Under the pieces are notes generated by a model. The model ran no database searches. It was not told the DNA's origin and saw only the letters and a list, made by a program, of their open reading frames with translations. From Dehalococcoidia bacterium (lineage in GTDB: Bacteria; Chloroflexota; Dehalococcoidia; DSTF01; JACRBR01), in NCBI GenBank assembly GCA_041494685.1, contig JBGQBE010000004.1, forward strand, positions 1-64,000: a DNA stretch of 64,000 nt. The letters are read 5' to 3'. Shown piece by piece: positions 29,135 to 40,159 of the stretch. How positions within the stretch are numbered: position 1 is the stretch's first letter; each line of letters begins with the position of its first letter. A program made the position numbers and the translations under genes.

Positions 29135-29986
29135 TCACTTCACCAGCTCGCAGTTCGGCAGCGTGCGCGCGTACGCCAGCATCCGTTCGATCGACGAGTC
29201 GGGCAGCGGGATGTCGCCCGGCAGCCGCTCGTCGTTGCCGTGGATGCCGTGGTAGTCGCTGCCGCCCAGCGGGATCAGGTCGTACTGCTCGGCCGCCTGG
29301 CGCAGCCGCTCCACCGTCTCCGGCGGGTAGTTCTTGTAGTAGACCTCCATCGCCGCCATCCCGGCCTCCTTCAGCTCCTTCAGGATGCCGTCCAAGTCCT
29401 GCAGGTCCGCCGGGTGCGCCATACAGGCGAGCCCGCCGAACGCTACGATGCTCTGCACCGACTCCGCGGGCGTCATCTTGTCGCGCTCGACGTAGGCCGG
29501 ACCGTTGCGCCCGATCCAGCGGTCGAACGCCTCGGAGATCTGCGAGACGTAGCCCGCCTCCACCAGCGCCTGCGCCACATGCGGCCGCCCCACCGACGCG
29601 TCGCCCGCGATCTGCTGCACCCGCTCCCACTCGATCATGATCCCCATGCCGCGCAGCTTCTCGACGATGCCTCGGCCGCGGCCGAGCCGCCCTTCACGCA
29701 GCTCCGCCAGCGTCTTCTGCAGCGCGTCGTCGTGCGGGCTCAGGTACAGGCCCAGCATGTGCACCTCGGCGCCCTCGATGTCGGTCCCCATCTCCACGCC
29801 GGGTATCAGGATGTGCCCCGCGTGCTTCGCCGACGCTGCCTCCGCCTCCGCGATGCCCTCCGTAGAGTCGTGGTCCGTCAGCGCGTGGTAGACCACGCCC
29901 CGGCTCGCCGCCAGGTCCACCAGCTGCGTCGGCGTCAGGATCCCGTCCGACGCGGTGCTGTGCGTGTGAAAGTCACCCTTCGCCAT
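29135..29986 (-). CDS. PHP domain phosphoesterase (TrpH/YciV-like)
   Basis: DFHTHSTASDG, LTDHD, GRPHVA, AHP and GGSDYHG motifs. Confidence 0.92.
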   Translation of the reverse strand: MAKGDFHTHSTASDGILTPTQLVDLAASRGVVYHALTDHDSTEGIAEAEAASAKHAGHILIPGVEMGTDIEGAEVHMLGLYLSPHDDALQKTLAELREGRLGRGRGIVEKLRGMGIMIEWERVQQIAGDASVGRPHVAQALVEAGYVSQISEAFDRWIGRNGPAYVERDKMTPAESVQSIVAFGGLACMAHPADLQDLDGILKELKEAGMAAMEVYYKNYPPETVERLRQAAEQYDLIPLGGSDYHGIHGNDERLPGDIPLPDSSIERMLAYARTLPNCELVK

Positions 29987-30758
29987 GCTGCTCCCATTCC
30001 CTGTCCACGCGCTCGATCGCGCGCGCCTTCCCGGTCGTGTCGTCGATGTCGACGAGCACCGCGTTCAGATTCACGAAGCGCGACTTTTCCGCCACGGTAA
30101 ACCGCGCGGGCATGCCCGTCAGGAACTTGCGCAGCACCGACTCCACCTCGTTGCCGATGACCGAATCTCGCGGGCCGCACATCCCCAGGTCGCTGACGTA
30201 CGCCGTGCCGTTGGTCAGGATGCGCTGGTCCGCCGTCGGCACGTGCGTGTGCGTGCCGACCACCGCCGACACGCGGCCGTCCAGGTACCAGCCCATCGCC
30301 ATTTTCTCGCTCGTCGCTTCCGCGTGGAAGTCGACCAGCACGGGCGTCCCCGGCTCCACCTGCTCCAGCAGCCGGTCCGCCGCGCGAAACGGGTCGTCCA
30401 GCTCGAACATGAAGACGCGGCCCATCAGGTTGATCACCGTGAGCGCGCCGAAACGCACCATGCCCCGGCCGGGCGTGCCCTCGGGGTAGTTCGCCGGCCG
30501 CAGCACCGGCGCCTCGGTATCGAGATAGGGGATAATGTCCGGCTGCGCCCAGATGTGGTTGCCGGTCGTGATCACGTCCACGCCCGCGGCGAAGATCTCC
30601 TTCGCGGTGTTGACCGTGATGCCCTTGCCCGCCGCCGCATTCTCGCCGTTGGCCACCACGACATCGAGCGCGAACTCACGGCGCAGCCCCGGTACCAGCG
30701 CGCTGATCGCGCGCCGGCCCGGTTTGCCGACAATGTCTCCGATGGCCAGGATTCGCAC
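29973..30758 (-). CDS. ymdB: YmdB-like metallophosphoesterase (TIGR00282 type)
   Basis: GDIVGKPGR, NGENAA, GNH, DFHAEATSEK and GTHTHVPTAD motifs; directly downstream of rny. Confidence 0.92.
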   Translation of the reverse strand: MRILAIGDIVGKPGRRAISALVPGLRREFALDVVVANGENAAAGKGITVNTAKEIFAAGVDVITTGNHIWAQPDIIPYLDTEAPVLRPANYPEGTPGRGMVRFGALTVINLMGRVFMFELDDPFRAADRLLEQVEPGTPVLVDFHAEATSEKMAMGWYLDGRVSAVVGTHTHVPTADQRILTNGTAYVSDLGMCGPRDSVIGNEVESVLRKFLTGMPARFTVAEKSRFVNLNAVLVDIDDTTGKARAIERVDREWEQHGEG

Positions 30759-30766
30759 GGCTCAGC

Positions 30767-32299
<1,533 letters not shown>

Positions 32300-32521
32300 T
32301 GGTAGCCTCTCTTTCCGGTTGTTTAACTCCCTCGAACGTAGCTCATTGCACGTTTGCGTAAAGGTTGAGCTACGGGCGCATCATACGCGCGCCCCGATCC
32401 GACGGTCAAGCAACACCGACCCGCCGGTCAGTGCTCGCCCATGCGCCGCGCGGGCCCAAATCGCCTCCACACGCGACGGGATCTCGCGCCCCGGCCCAGG
32501 CTCGAGTACGCTCCGCATCTC

Positions 32522-32574
32522 TTGACAACAGGACGGATGTTCTACTATCATTGCCGGGCCAGAACATTTGTGCG
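32522..32574 (+). promoter_or_regulatory. Promoter TTGACA-N18-TATCAT with two LexA-type boxes
   Basis: AGGAC-GGAT-GTTCT at 32530-32543 and AGAAC-ATTT-GTGCG at 32561-32574. Confidence 0.75.
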
Positions 32575-32588
32575 ACAGGAGGTCCGCC

Positions 32589-32720
32589 ATGACCCGCCGT
32601 ATCCGCGTCCGAACCATCGTCGTCCCGCGCTCCCGCGCCTGCCCCGACTGCGGTGGCCCGCTCGTCCACGCCGAGGGCTGCGTCACCTGCCCCGTCTGCG
32701 GCTTCTCCACCTGCAGCTAG
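32589..32720 (+). CDS. 43-aa zinc-ribbon microprotein resembling the C-terminal Cys tail of class II ribonucleotide reductase (NrdJ)
   Basis: AGGAGG RBS; MTRRIRVRTIVVPRSRACPDCGGPLVHAEGCVTCPVCGFSTCS*. Below the ORF-track length cutoff. Confidence 0.8.
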   Translation: MTRRIRVRTIVVPRSRACPDCGGPLVHAEGCVTCPVCGFSTCS

Positions 32721-32857
32721 TTCGATCCCGCGCGGTCCGAAGCTGCATCAGCCCTCGCCGCCGCCCGGAGCAGCTCGTCTCACAACTACCCTGTCCGCTG
32801 CGGTATATTGGCCTCGATATTGATCGATCGGGCGATCCATATAGCCGCGGAGGCGCT

Positions 32858-33538
32858 GTGAGCGACAATCGCCAGGACCGGCTCAACCGCTTCGTCGTGA
32901 TCGCGCTGGCGTTCGCCGGCATCTTCGCCGCGCTGGTGCTCGCACTGCTCGCCTGGGGGGCGCCCAACGAGAGCATCGTCCGCATCGCCGACCTCGCCGG
33001 CTGGCTCGGCCGCCACAACAACACCGAGGTGAAGACGATCATCTCGCTCTCCGCCGCCGTCGCCGTGCTGCTTATGCTCATGGCCATCCTGGTCGAGCTG
33101 ACGCCGTCGCCGACGCAGAAGATGCGCCTCCGCAACGTCCGCGCCGGCGAAGCCGTGATCACGACGCACGAGATCGCAGCGCGCGTCAACGCCGAGGTCG
33201 AAGCCATACCTCACGTCGCCGCCTGCAACGCTATCGTGGCCGCGCGGGGCAGGCGCGCCGAGATCGTGCTGGAGCTCCACGTCGAGCCCGGCGCCGACCT
33301 CGCAGACACGGCCGACGATGCCTGCCGCCGCACCCGCGTGCTTGCCGAAACGAAGCTCGACATCGACCTGGCGGCGCCGCCGCGTGCGCGTCTGCACTAT
33401 CGTGAGCTACGCTTGCAGGGCGCCGCCGATGCGCCGCGCAGGCTCGGACCGTCTGGCTGGGAGCGACCGGCCGCCATTCTCGAGGGGGACCGTGACCAAC
33501 GAGGAAACTCCGACACACCTGAAGAAGCGCAAGCCTAG
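32858..33538 (+). CDS. Membrane protein, AmaP/Asp23-associated-like
   Basis: GGAGG plus GTG; two N-terminal TMs followed by an Asp23-like soluble domain. The family call is tentative. Confidence 0.55.
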   Translation: MSDNRQDRLNRFVVIALAFAGIFAALVLALLAWGAPNESIVRIADLAGWLGRHNNTEVKTIISLSAAVAVLLMLMAILVELTPSPTQKMRLRNVRAGEAVITTHEIAARVNAEVEAIPHVAACNAIVAARGRRAEIVLELHVEPGADLADTADDACRRTRVLAETKLDIDLAAPPRARLHYRELRLQGAADAPRRLGPSGWERPAAILEGDRDQRGNSDTPEEAQA

Positions 33539-34094
33539 ACTCATCGAGCGTCCCGAGCCCGAAGAGCTCGTATCGATCCTCGAGGCCGTCCTCTTTGTCG
33601 CCGACGCTCCGATCGAGCTGGTGGCGCTGTCGCGCACGATCAACGCGCCGAAGGCCGAGGTCAGCGGCGCGCTCGACGAACTCGCGGCGCTGCTGCGCGA
33701 CCGCGGCGTGCGCCTGCAGCGCACCGGCGAGCTCGTACAGCTCGTCTCCGCACCCCGCACGGCGCAGTACGTCGAGCGCTTCCTGGGGCTGGAGCACCCG
33801 CCCCTCACCAACGCCTCGCTCGAGACGTTGGCGATCATCGCCTACCGCCAGCCGATCACGCGCACCGGCATCGAGTCCGTGCGCGGCGTCGACTGCGACG
33901 GCCCGATCCGCACGCTGACAGCCCGCGGCCTGATCGAGGAGGTCGGGCGCGCGCCGGTGATCGGCCGCCCGACGCTGTTCGGCACCACGGTGCGATTCCT
34001 GGAGTACTTCGGTCTGGAGAAGCCTGACGACCTGCCTCCGTTGCCGCTGACGGAAGAAGCGCCCGAGGAGCTGCCGGAAGAGGCGACGATCTGA
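33492..34094 (+). CDS. scpB: SMC-Scp complex subunit ScpB
   Basis: LEAVLF, SLETLAIIAYRQPITR..IE.VRGV, GRP.LFGTT..FL.YFGL and LPPL motifs. Confidence 0.95.
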   Translation: MTNEETPTHLKKRKPRLIERPEPEELVSILEAVLFVADAPIELVALSRTINAPKAEVSGALDELAALLRDRGVRLQRTGELVQLVSAPRTAQYVERFLGLEHPPLTNASLETLAIIAYRQPITRTGIESVRGVDCDGPIRTLTARGLIEEVGRAPVIGRPTLFGTTVRFLEYFGLEKPDDLPPLPLTEEAPEELPEEATI

Positions 34095-34381
34095 ACGTCG
34101 GAGTCCTGCGCTTTTCGCTCCGTCTGCCCGAGAGCGGATCGCTTAAGGACAAGCGGCAGGTCGTCCGCTCCGTCGCACAGCGCGTCCGCAACAAGTTCCA
34201 GGTCGCCGTCGCGGAGGTCGCCGACAACGACGTATGGCAGATCGCCACGCTTGGCGTCGCCTGCGTCGCCAACGATGCGCGCCAGTGCGAGCACGTCCTC
34301 AGCGAGGTCATCGCCTACGTCCAGGAGTCCCGCCTCGACGCCGAGATGATCGACATCCAGACCGAGGTCATCGGGTTCTGA
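34091..34381 (+). CDS. DUF503/YlxP family protein (probable CTG start)
   Basis: (M)NVGVLRFSLRLPESGSLKDKRQVVRS...KFQVAVAEVADNDVWQIATLGVACV. The CTGA overlaps the scpB stop. Absent from the ORF track. Confidence 0.85.
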   Translation: MNVGVLRFSLRLPESGSLKDKRQVVRSVAQRVRNKFQVAVAEVADNDVWQIATLGVACVANDARQCEHVLSEVIAYVQESRLDAEMIDIQTEVIGF

Positions 34382-34391
34382 CGGCGGCGCG

Positions 34392-35732
34392 TCAGCCGAC
34401 CGGCACCGCGACCGGCGACGCCACCAGGTCGTAGGCCAGCGCCTGCGTCACCCGCGCCCGCACGAAATCGCCCGGCGCGTGCGGGCCCTCCAGTAGCACA
34501 AGGCCGTCGACCTCCGGCGCGTCGCGGTACGAGCGCCCCACGACGAAGCCCGCCGCCACGTCCGCGCGGCGACCCGTGCTCGCCGACTCCACCAGCACGT
34601 CGATCTCGCGCCCGACAATCGCCCGGTTGCGGATCAGCGACACCTGCTGCGCCACTTCCATCAGCGCCCGCTGCCGCCGCTTTTTCACCCGCTCGGGCAC
34701 CGGTTCCGCCTCGTGCGCCGCCGGCGACTCCGACTGCGGCGAGAACGTGAAGCACCCCACGTGGTCGAACGCCATCTCGCGCACGAAGCCCAGCAGCTCG
34801 TTGAACTCGTCTTCCGTCTCGCCCGGGTAGCCGACGATGAACGTCGTCCGGATCGCGATGTCCGGCATCACCTCGCGCAGCATCGTCAGCATCTCACGCA
34901 CCATGACCGTGTTGCTCGGCCGGCGCATGCGGCGCAGCAGACTCTCCGCTCCGTGCTGCAGCGGGATGTCAATGTAGTGCGCCACGTTCGGCAGCCGCGC
35001 CATCGTCTCCGCCAGCTGCCGCGTCACGTGCCCCGGGTACGCGTACATGATGCGCAGCCACGGCACCCCCGGCACTGCCTCGGCGACGCGCTCCAGCAGC
35101 TCCGGCAGCCCGTCACGCAGCCCCAGGTCGCGGCCGTAGTCGGTGCTGTCCTGCGCCACCAGCACGATCTCGCGCACGTCCTGCGCCGCCAGCCGCCGCG
35201 CCTCCGCCACGATCTCGTCCGCCGGAGAGCTGTGCAGCTTCCCCTTCATCTTCGGGATGATGCAGAACGTGCAGGGCGCGTTGCAGCCATCGGAGATCTT
35301 CAGGTACGCGCTGGGCCGCCGCAGCGCCGCCGGCGCCGTCGTCTCCGGCACGTCATAGCGCTGCGCGTCCAGGACCACCGGCACGATAGTCTGCGCGTAG
35401 CGGCCGATGCCGCTCCAGTCCTCCGCGCCGAACACCGCATCGATCTCGGGGATCTCCGCGCGCAGCTCCGCGCCGTGCAGCGCCGTCAGGCAGCCAGCCA
35501 CGACGAGCTGCTGCCCGCGGCGCTTCTCCGCGGCCAGCTTCAGGATCGTGTCCACCGACTCCTCTTTCGACGCGTCAATGAACCCGCACGTGTTGACGAT
35601 GACGACATCCGCCGCGGCCGGCGCCTCCACCTCAAGGTGGTCGCCCTCGCCCAGCACGCGGGCGATGCGCTCGCTGTCCGCGACGTTCTTCGCGCAGCCC
35701 AGGGTCACAATGTGATATCGCACGATAGTCAT
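34392..35732 (-). CDS. rimO: Ribosomal protein S12 methylthiotransferase
   Basis: LGCAKN..DSE, NTCGFI..SKEES, radical SAM CNAPCTFC and DAPEVDG TRAM motifs. The start may be the GTG at 35723. Confidence 0.95.
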   Translation of the reverse strand: MTIVRYHIVTLGCAKNVADSERIARVLGEGDHLEVEAPAAADVVIVNTCGFIDASKEESVDTILKLAAEKRRGQQLVVAGCLTALHGAELRAEIPEIDAVFGAEDWSGIGRYAQTIVPVVLDAQRYDVPETTAPAALRRPSAYLKISDGCNAPCTFCIIPKMKGKLHSSPADEIVAEARRLAAQDVREIVLVAQDSTDYGRDLGLRDGLPELLERVAEAVPGVPWLRIMYAYPGHVTRQLAETMARLPNVAHYIDIPLQHGAESLLRRMRRPSNTVMVREMLTMLREVMPDIAIRTTFIVGYPGETEDEFNELLGFVREMAFDHVGCFTFSPQSESPAAHEAEPVPERVKKRRQRALMEVAQQVSLIRNRAIVGREIDVLVESASTGRRADVAAGFVVGRSYRDAPEVDGLVLLEGPHAPGDFVRARVTQALAYDLVASPVAVPVG

Positions 35733-35841
35733 GGTAGCGGATCGGCCCCGCATCGACGCTGCGTGCCCGGCTCGCACGGCGGGCAACAAGAAGGGGCCGC
35801 AGCGGCCCCGCCAATCACCCTCTGTGTTTTCTGCGAATCAG

Positions 35842-36513
35842 CTAGCCACCGCCGCGCGGCACTACCAGCGTCACCGACGTGCTCGCACCGCCCTTGGTTC
35901 CCGGCGCGGGGTCCTGCGACGCGACGACGCCCGGCTGGCCCGTCGCCTTGTCCGTCTCGACTACCACATAGCTCAGCCCGGCCTGGGTCAGCGCGGCCAC
36001 CGCGTCGTCAAGACGCACGGCCGTCAGGTCCGGCACGACGCCTTTTTTGATCTCGCCCAGCGGCTTTCCCAGCGCCGGCGCGGGCCCGCCGCCCGACGCC
36101 TCCGGGACGATCGTCGGCAGCGCCACCGTCGTCTTGGTGCTGCCGCTGCTGCCGCTCGACAGGTACAGGAACACGCCCGCGATCAGCAGGAACACCAGTA
36201 CACCCGCCGCCAGCACCCAGCTCGTCGCACCGGTCGGTGCGGGCGTCTGGATCTCCGGCAGCGGCCTGATCTCCGGCGGCTCCTCGGTCTGCGCCAGGAA
36301 CTGGCGCATCAGCTCGGTGGGGTTCAGCCCCAGGTACTGCGCGTACGTACGGAGGAAGGCGCGGCTGTAGACGGGTGCGGGGAAGACCTTCCAGTCCTCC
36401 CGCTCGAGCGCGTCGAGGTATCGCTTGGAGATACGGGTATCGCGCTCGCAGTCTTCGAGCGAGAGGCCGCGCTGCACGCGCGCCTGGGTGAACGTCTTGC
36501 CGAGTTCCGTCAT
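35842..36513 (-). CDS. RodZ-like HTH membrane protein with a C-terminal PASTA-like domain
   Basis: TRISKRYLDALE...P.PVY.RAFLRTYA.YLGL, a TM, then VPDL...V.SQDP.PG. Confidence 0.8.
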   Translation of the reverse strand: MTELGKTFTQARVQRGLSLEDCERDTRISKRYLDALEREDWKVFPAPVYSRAFLRTYAQYLGLNPTELMRQFLAQTEEPPEIRPLPEIQTPAPTGATSWVLAAGVLVFLLIAGVFLYLSSGSSGSTKTTVALPTIVPEASGGGPAPALGKPLGEIKKGVVPDLTAVRLDDAVAALTQAGLSYVVVETDKATGQPGVVASQDPAPGTKGGASTSVTLVVPRGGG

Positions 36514-36724
36514 TCCTGCCGCTTCAGATTCGCCACCCGCCAGGTTCAGGGACCTGCGAGAGCGTACCGGACGGCATCTGGCCGGTCAAACCGCAAGTTA
36601 CCATGCAACTCGCACACGCACATACAGGCGTGCGTCCGTCTTGACAAGCTCACCCGGAAGTCCGACCTCCTTGCCTGATCTCGTGCCCGTCGCGAGACGC
36701 TTCCGCCCGCGCCCCCGGCGCCGT

Positions 36725-37093
36725 TCAGCCGATGCCCAGCTCGTCCAAGCGGTCATCGCCGATACCGAAGTGGTGCGCCAGCTCGTGGAGCACCGTCGTG
36801 CGGATCTCCGCGATTAACTCGCGCTCGTCGGGAAAATCTTCTTCCAGCGGCTCCTGGTAGATGTGGATGACGTCCGGCGCCGCCATGTGATAGCCGCTGT
36901 CGCGCTCCGTCAGCGGCACACCCCGGTAGAAGCCATACATCGACTCATCCGGAGCCAGGTCGGCGTCCACGAGGTCCGCGGCGCTCGGCCGCCGCTTCAC
37001 CACGATGTCGAGTTCGTGCAGGTAGTCCCGGAACGGCTGCGGCACGTCGCCCAGCGCCTGCCGCACGAGACTCACGAAGAGCGCGCGATCCAT
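36725..37093 (-). CDS. Zincin-like metallopeptidase family protein (DUF1025 type)
   Basis: G.Y.GVPLTER, PD.I.IYQ.P and TVLHELAHHFGI.DDRL motifs. Confidence 0.88.
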   Translation of the reverse strand: MDRALFVSLVRQALGDVPQPFRDYLHELDIVVKRRPSAADLVDADLAPDESMYGFYRGVPLTERDSGYHMAAPDVIHIYQEPLEEDFPDERELIAEIRTTVLHELAHHFGIGDDRLDELGIG

Positions 37094-37106
37094 CGGCCGC
37101 CGCGCG

Positions 37107-37544
37107 CTATCGCGACGCCGGCCAGAGGGTGCGATACCCCTCGCCGCCGATCGCGTTGACCATCTCTTCGCGTTCCATGCGGCGCAGGTCGTCCAGCAGG
37201 GCCTCGCACTCGCACGCCGCGTCCGGGAAGCCGTTTCCGACGATGCGCTGGGCGATCGCGTCCCACACACCCGAATCGGCCAGTCCGCCGATGTAGCGCG
37301 GCCACCAGATCGCACTGATCTTGTTCGGAAGGCGGAACCGCGGCCGCAGGATCTTCAGGCTCTTGAACCGCTCCTCCGCGCTGTTCACCCGCGGCACCAG
37401 CTTCACCATCGGTGGATCCATCTGGCTGAAGCGGTTGTCGATAAGCAGCCGCTCCTGCACCGTCACGAAGCGAAACGCGACGACGTCCGCGTTGCGGACC
37501 GTGTCCAGGATCGCGCCATAGTCAAGGTGATACGTGTTGTCCAT
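37107..37544 (-). CDS. Hypothetical protein, paralog of 51206-51736
   Basis: Shares LL.D.R, EERF.SL...RPRFR.P..I..I.WP.Y...L.D.GVWD.I..R and EREE...AI.GE.Y.T.W with the paralog. Confidence 0.8.
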   Translation of the reverse strand: MDNTYHLDYGAILDTVRNADVVAFRFVTVQERLLIDNRFSQMDPPMVKLVPRVNSAEERFKSLKILRPRFRLPNKISAIWWPRYIGGLADSGVWDAIAQRIVGNGFPDAACECEALLDDLRRMEREEMVNAIGGEGYRTLWPASR

Positions 37545-37661
37545 GTCGGACAATGACTCCGTCAACAAGTGCCCGTGTGCGTCCCCAGTCTAACACGGCC
37601 CTCGTGTCAACCCAGCCGCTCGTGCCTCCCGCGCCGGACCCCGCGCACGGTACCCTGCACC

Positions 37662-38594
37662 ATGCTGCTCTCGCGCGATGAACTGGCACGCCACGCCGCC
37701 GGCCGCCCCACCGCCGTCACCATCGGCGTCTTCGACGGCGTGCACCGCGGCCACCGCTATCTCATCGACATCCTCAAATCTCGCGCCGCCGAGCGCGGCC
37801 TCGCCAGCGGCATCGTCACGCTGCACCCGTCGCCGGTCCAGGTGCTGCGGCCCGCCGTGCGCGTCGCCTACCTCACGAGCCTCGAGGAGCGTATCGAGCT
37901 CCTGCGCGCCACCGGCGTCGACGCGGTCGCCCCGCTGACGTTCACCTCCGAAGTGGCGGAGCTGTCGGCGTTCGACTTCCTCCGCATGCTGCGCGAGGCA
38001 CTGGACATGCGCTTCCTGCTGATGGGCCCGGACAACGCGTTCGGCCGCGGCCGCGAGGGCACGCCACAGCGCTGCTCCGAGATAGGCGAGGAACTCGGGT
38101 TCGACGTCGAGGTGCTGCAGGCGCCGCTCAAAGGCGACGGCGTGCGCGTCAGCGCCACCGCCATCCGCAAGGCGCTCGTGGACGGCGAGATGGAGCTGGC
38201 GCAGCGGCTGCTCGGCCGCCCGTACGCGCTCCGCGGCCCCGTCGTGCGCGGCAACGAGCGCGGCCGCGCCATCGGCTTCCCCACCGCCAACATGGCCGTC
38301 ACGCCCGACCGCGCGCTGCCCGCATTCGGCGTCTATGTGACGCGCGCGCACGTCGCCGGCGGCGTCTACATGGGCGCGACGAACATCGGCATCAACCCCA
38401 CGTTCGACGACCCCGTGCCCTCCGTCGAGACGTACCTCCTCGATTTCGAGGGCGATCTCTACGGCCGCGAGCTCCGCATCGAGTTGCTGCGCCGCCTGCG
38501 CGGCGAGATCAAGTTCAGCGGCGTCGAATCCCTCGTCGCCGCCATCGCCGCCGACGTCGAGACCGTCCGCGCCCACTTCGCCGCGCTTGGTTGA
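37662..38594 (+). CDS. ribF: Bifunctional riboflavin kinase/FAD synthetase
   Basis: IGVFDGVHRGH, VSATAIR, GRAIGFPTAN and ETYLLDF.GDLYG motifs. Confidence 0.96.
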   Translation: MLLSRDELARHAAGRPTAVTIGVFDGVHRGHRYLIDILKSRAAERGLASGIVTLHPSPVQVLRPAVRVAYLTSLEERIELLRATGVDAVAPLTFTSEVAELSAFDFLRMLREALDMRFLLMGPDNAFGRGREGTPQRCSEIGEELGFDVEVLQAPLKGDGVRVSATAIRKALVDGEMELAQRLLGRPYALRGPVVRGNERGRAIGFPTANMAVTPDRALPAFGVYVTRAHVAGGVYMGATNIGINPTFDDPVPSVETYLLDFEGDLYGRELRIELLRRLRGEIKFSGVESLVAAIAADVETVRAHFAALG

Positions 38595-38620
38595 GCCGGG
38601 CCGCGTGGTACTCTGACCCC

Positions 38621-38821
38621 ATGCCGGAGCAGATCTTCGAGAAGACCGTCAGCCTGCCGCTGGGCTATGTCGTCACCGCCCGCGCGCGCCCGTCGACGGT
38701 GCGCCGCACGGTGCTGCGACTGCTCCCCTGGGCGGTCTACGCCGCGATGCCGAAGGGCCGCCGCGCCGGCGTCGCGCTCTCCGTCGCGCGCCGCCTCTCC
38801 CCGCTCGTCCGCCAGCGCTGA
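38621..38821 (+). CDS. Small basic hypothetical protein (66 aa)
   Basis: High-GC3 coding-like codons and an extended -10 TGgTACTCT 6 nt before the ATG. Confidence 0.4.
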   Translation: MPEQIFEKTVSLPLGYVVTARARPSTVRRTVLRLLPWAVYAAMPKGRRAGVALSVARRLSPLVRQR

Positions 38822-38896
38822 TGGCACGCGCCGCAACGCGAACGAGCCGCGCTTGCCAATGTGTGCCCCTTCTGTGAAACCGTGAGTAGCCCGGAG

Positions 38897-40159
38897 CTAC
38901 GCCTCGAAGCGGCGGAAGATCACGGCGGCGTTGTGTCCACCCAGCCCCACCGAGTTCGATAGCGACACCCGCACGTCCGCCTGCCGCGCCACGTTCGGCA
39001 CGTAGTCCAGGTCGCACTCCGGGTCCGGAACTTCGTAGTTGATCGTGGGCGGGATGATCCCTGTGCGGATCGCCTGGATCGCCGCGATCGCCTCCAGCGC
39101 GCCCGCGCCGCCCATCAGGTGCCCGTGCATCGACTTCGTCGACGAGATCGCCAGCTTGTACGCGTGCTCGCGGAACGCCAGCTTGATCGCCGCCGTTTCC
39201 GCGCGATCGTTCAGCGGCGTGCCAGTACCGTGCGGGTTGATGTAGCCCACCTCCGACGGCTCGACGCCGCCCTTGCGCATCGCCTGCGTCATCGCCCGCG
39301 CCGAGCCGCGGCCCGACTCCAGCGACGCCACCATGTCGTACGCGTCGCTGCTCGTCGCGTAGCCCGCCACTTCGGCGTAGATCTCCGCGCCGCGCGCCTG
39401 CGCGTGCTCGAAGCTCTCCAGCACGAGCGCCGCCGCACCCTGCCCCACGACAAAGCCGTCGCGCCGCGCGTCGAACGGCTTGCTCGCGCGCTCCGGGTGC
39501 TCCGGATCGTTCGCCAGCGCCCGCAGCGCGTGGAAGCCCGCCAGCAGCACCGGCAGCAGCGGGTTGTCCGTGCCGCCCGCGATGATCGCCTCGGCGTCGC
39601 CGCGCCGGATCGTCTCCCATGCCTCGCCGATCGCGCCCGTGCCCGTCGAGCACGCCGACGCGACCGCGAAGTTCGGCCCGCACGCGCCCGTCGCGATCGC
39701 CACGTGTCCGGACGCCGCGTCCGGCAGCATGTTGCTGATCAGGAACGGGCTGACGCGCCGGTAGCCGCCCTTCTCGAAGATCGCGTTCTGCTGCAGCAGC
39801 CATCCGTAGCCGCCGCCCGCCGACCCGAAGATGACGCCGATCGAGTCGCGGTTCGCGTCGTCGATGCGCAGGTCCGCGTCGCGCACGGCCTCCAGCGCCG
39901 AGACGACGGCGAACTGGCCGTTCTCGTCCATGCGCCGCAGCTCTTTTGTGGGTATGACCTCTTCCGGGTGGAAGTCCTTGACCTCGCCGCCGATCCGCAC
40001 CTCGAACTGGCTGGTGTCGAACTGCGTAAGCGCCGCGATGCCGGAGCGCCCCTCCGCCATCGCCTTCCACGCGTCGCGCCAGTTGTTGCCGAGCGGACAC
40101 ACCGTGCCCATGCCCGTCACCACCACACGCCGGTTCGGCAGATGTCCGGGACGCGTCAC
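38897..40159 (-). CDS. fabF: 3-oxoacyl-ACP synthase II
   Basis: RRVVVTGMG, SACSTG, PFD.RRDGFV, HGTGTPLND and STKSMHGHLMG motifs. Confidence 0.95.
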   Translation of the reverse strand: MTRPGHLPNRRVVVTGMGTVCPLGNNWRDAWKAMAEGRSGIAALTQFDTSQFEVRIGGEVKDFHPEEVIPTKELRRMDENGQFAVVSALEAVRDADLRIDDANRDSIGVIFGSAGGGYGWLLQQNAIFEKGGYRRVSPFLISNMLPDAASGHVAIATGACGPNFAVASACSTGTGAIGEAWETIRRGDAEAIIAGGTDNPLLPVLLAGFHALRALANDPEHPERASKPFDARRDGFVVGQGAAALVLESFEHAQARGAEIYAEVAGYATSSDAYDMVASLESGRGSARAMTQAMRKGGVEPSEVGYINPHGTGTPLNDRAETAAIKLAFREHAYKLAISSTKSMHGHLMGGAGALEAIAAIQAIRTGIIPPTINYEVPDPECDLDYVPNVARQADVRVSLSNSVGLGGHNAAVIFRRFEA

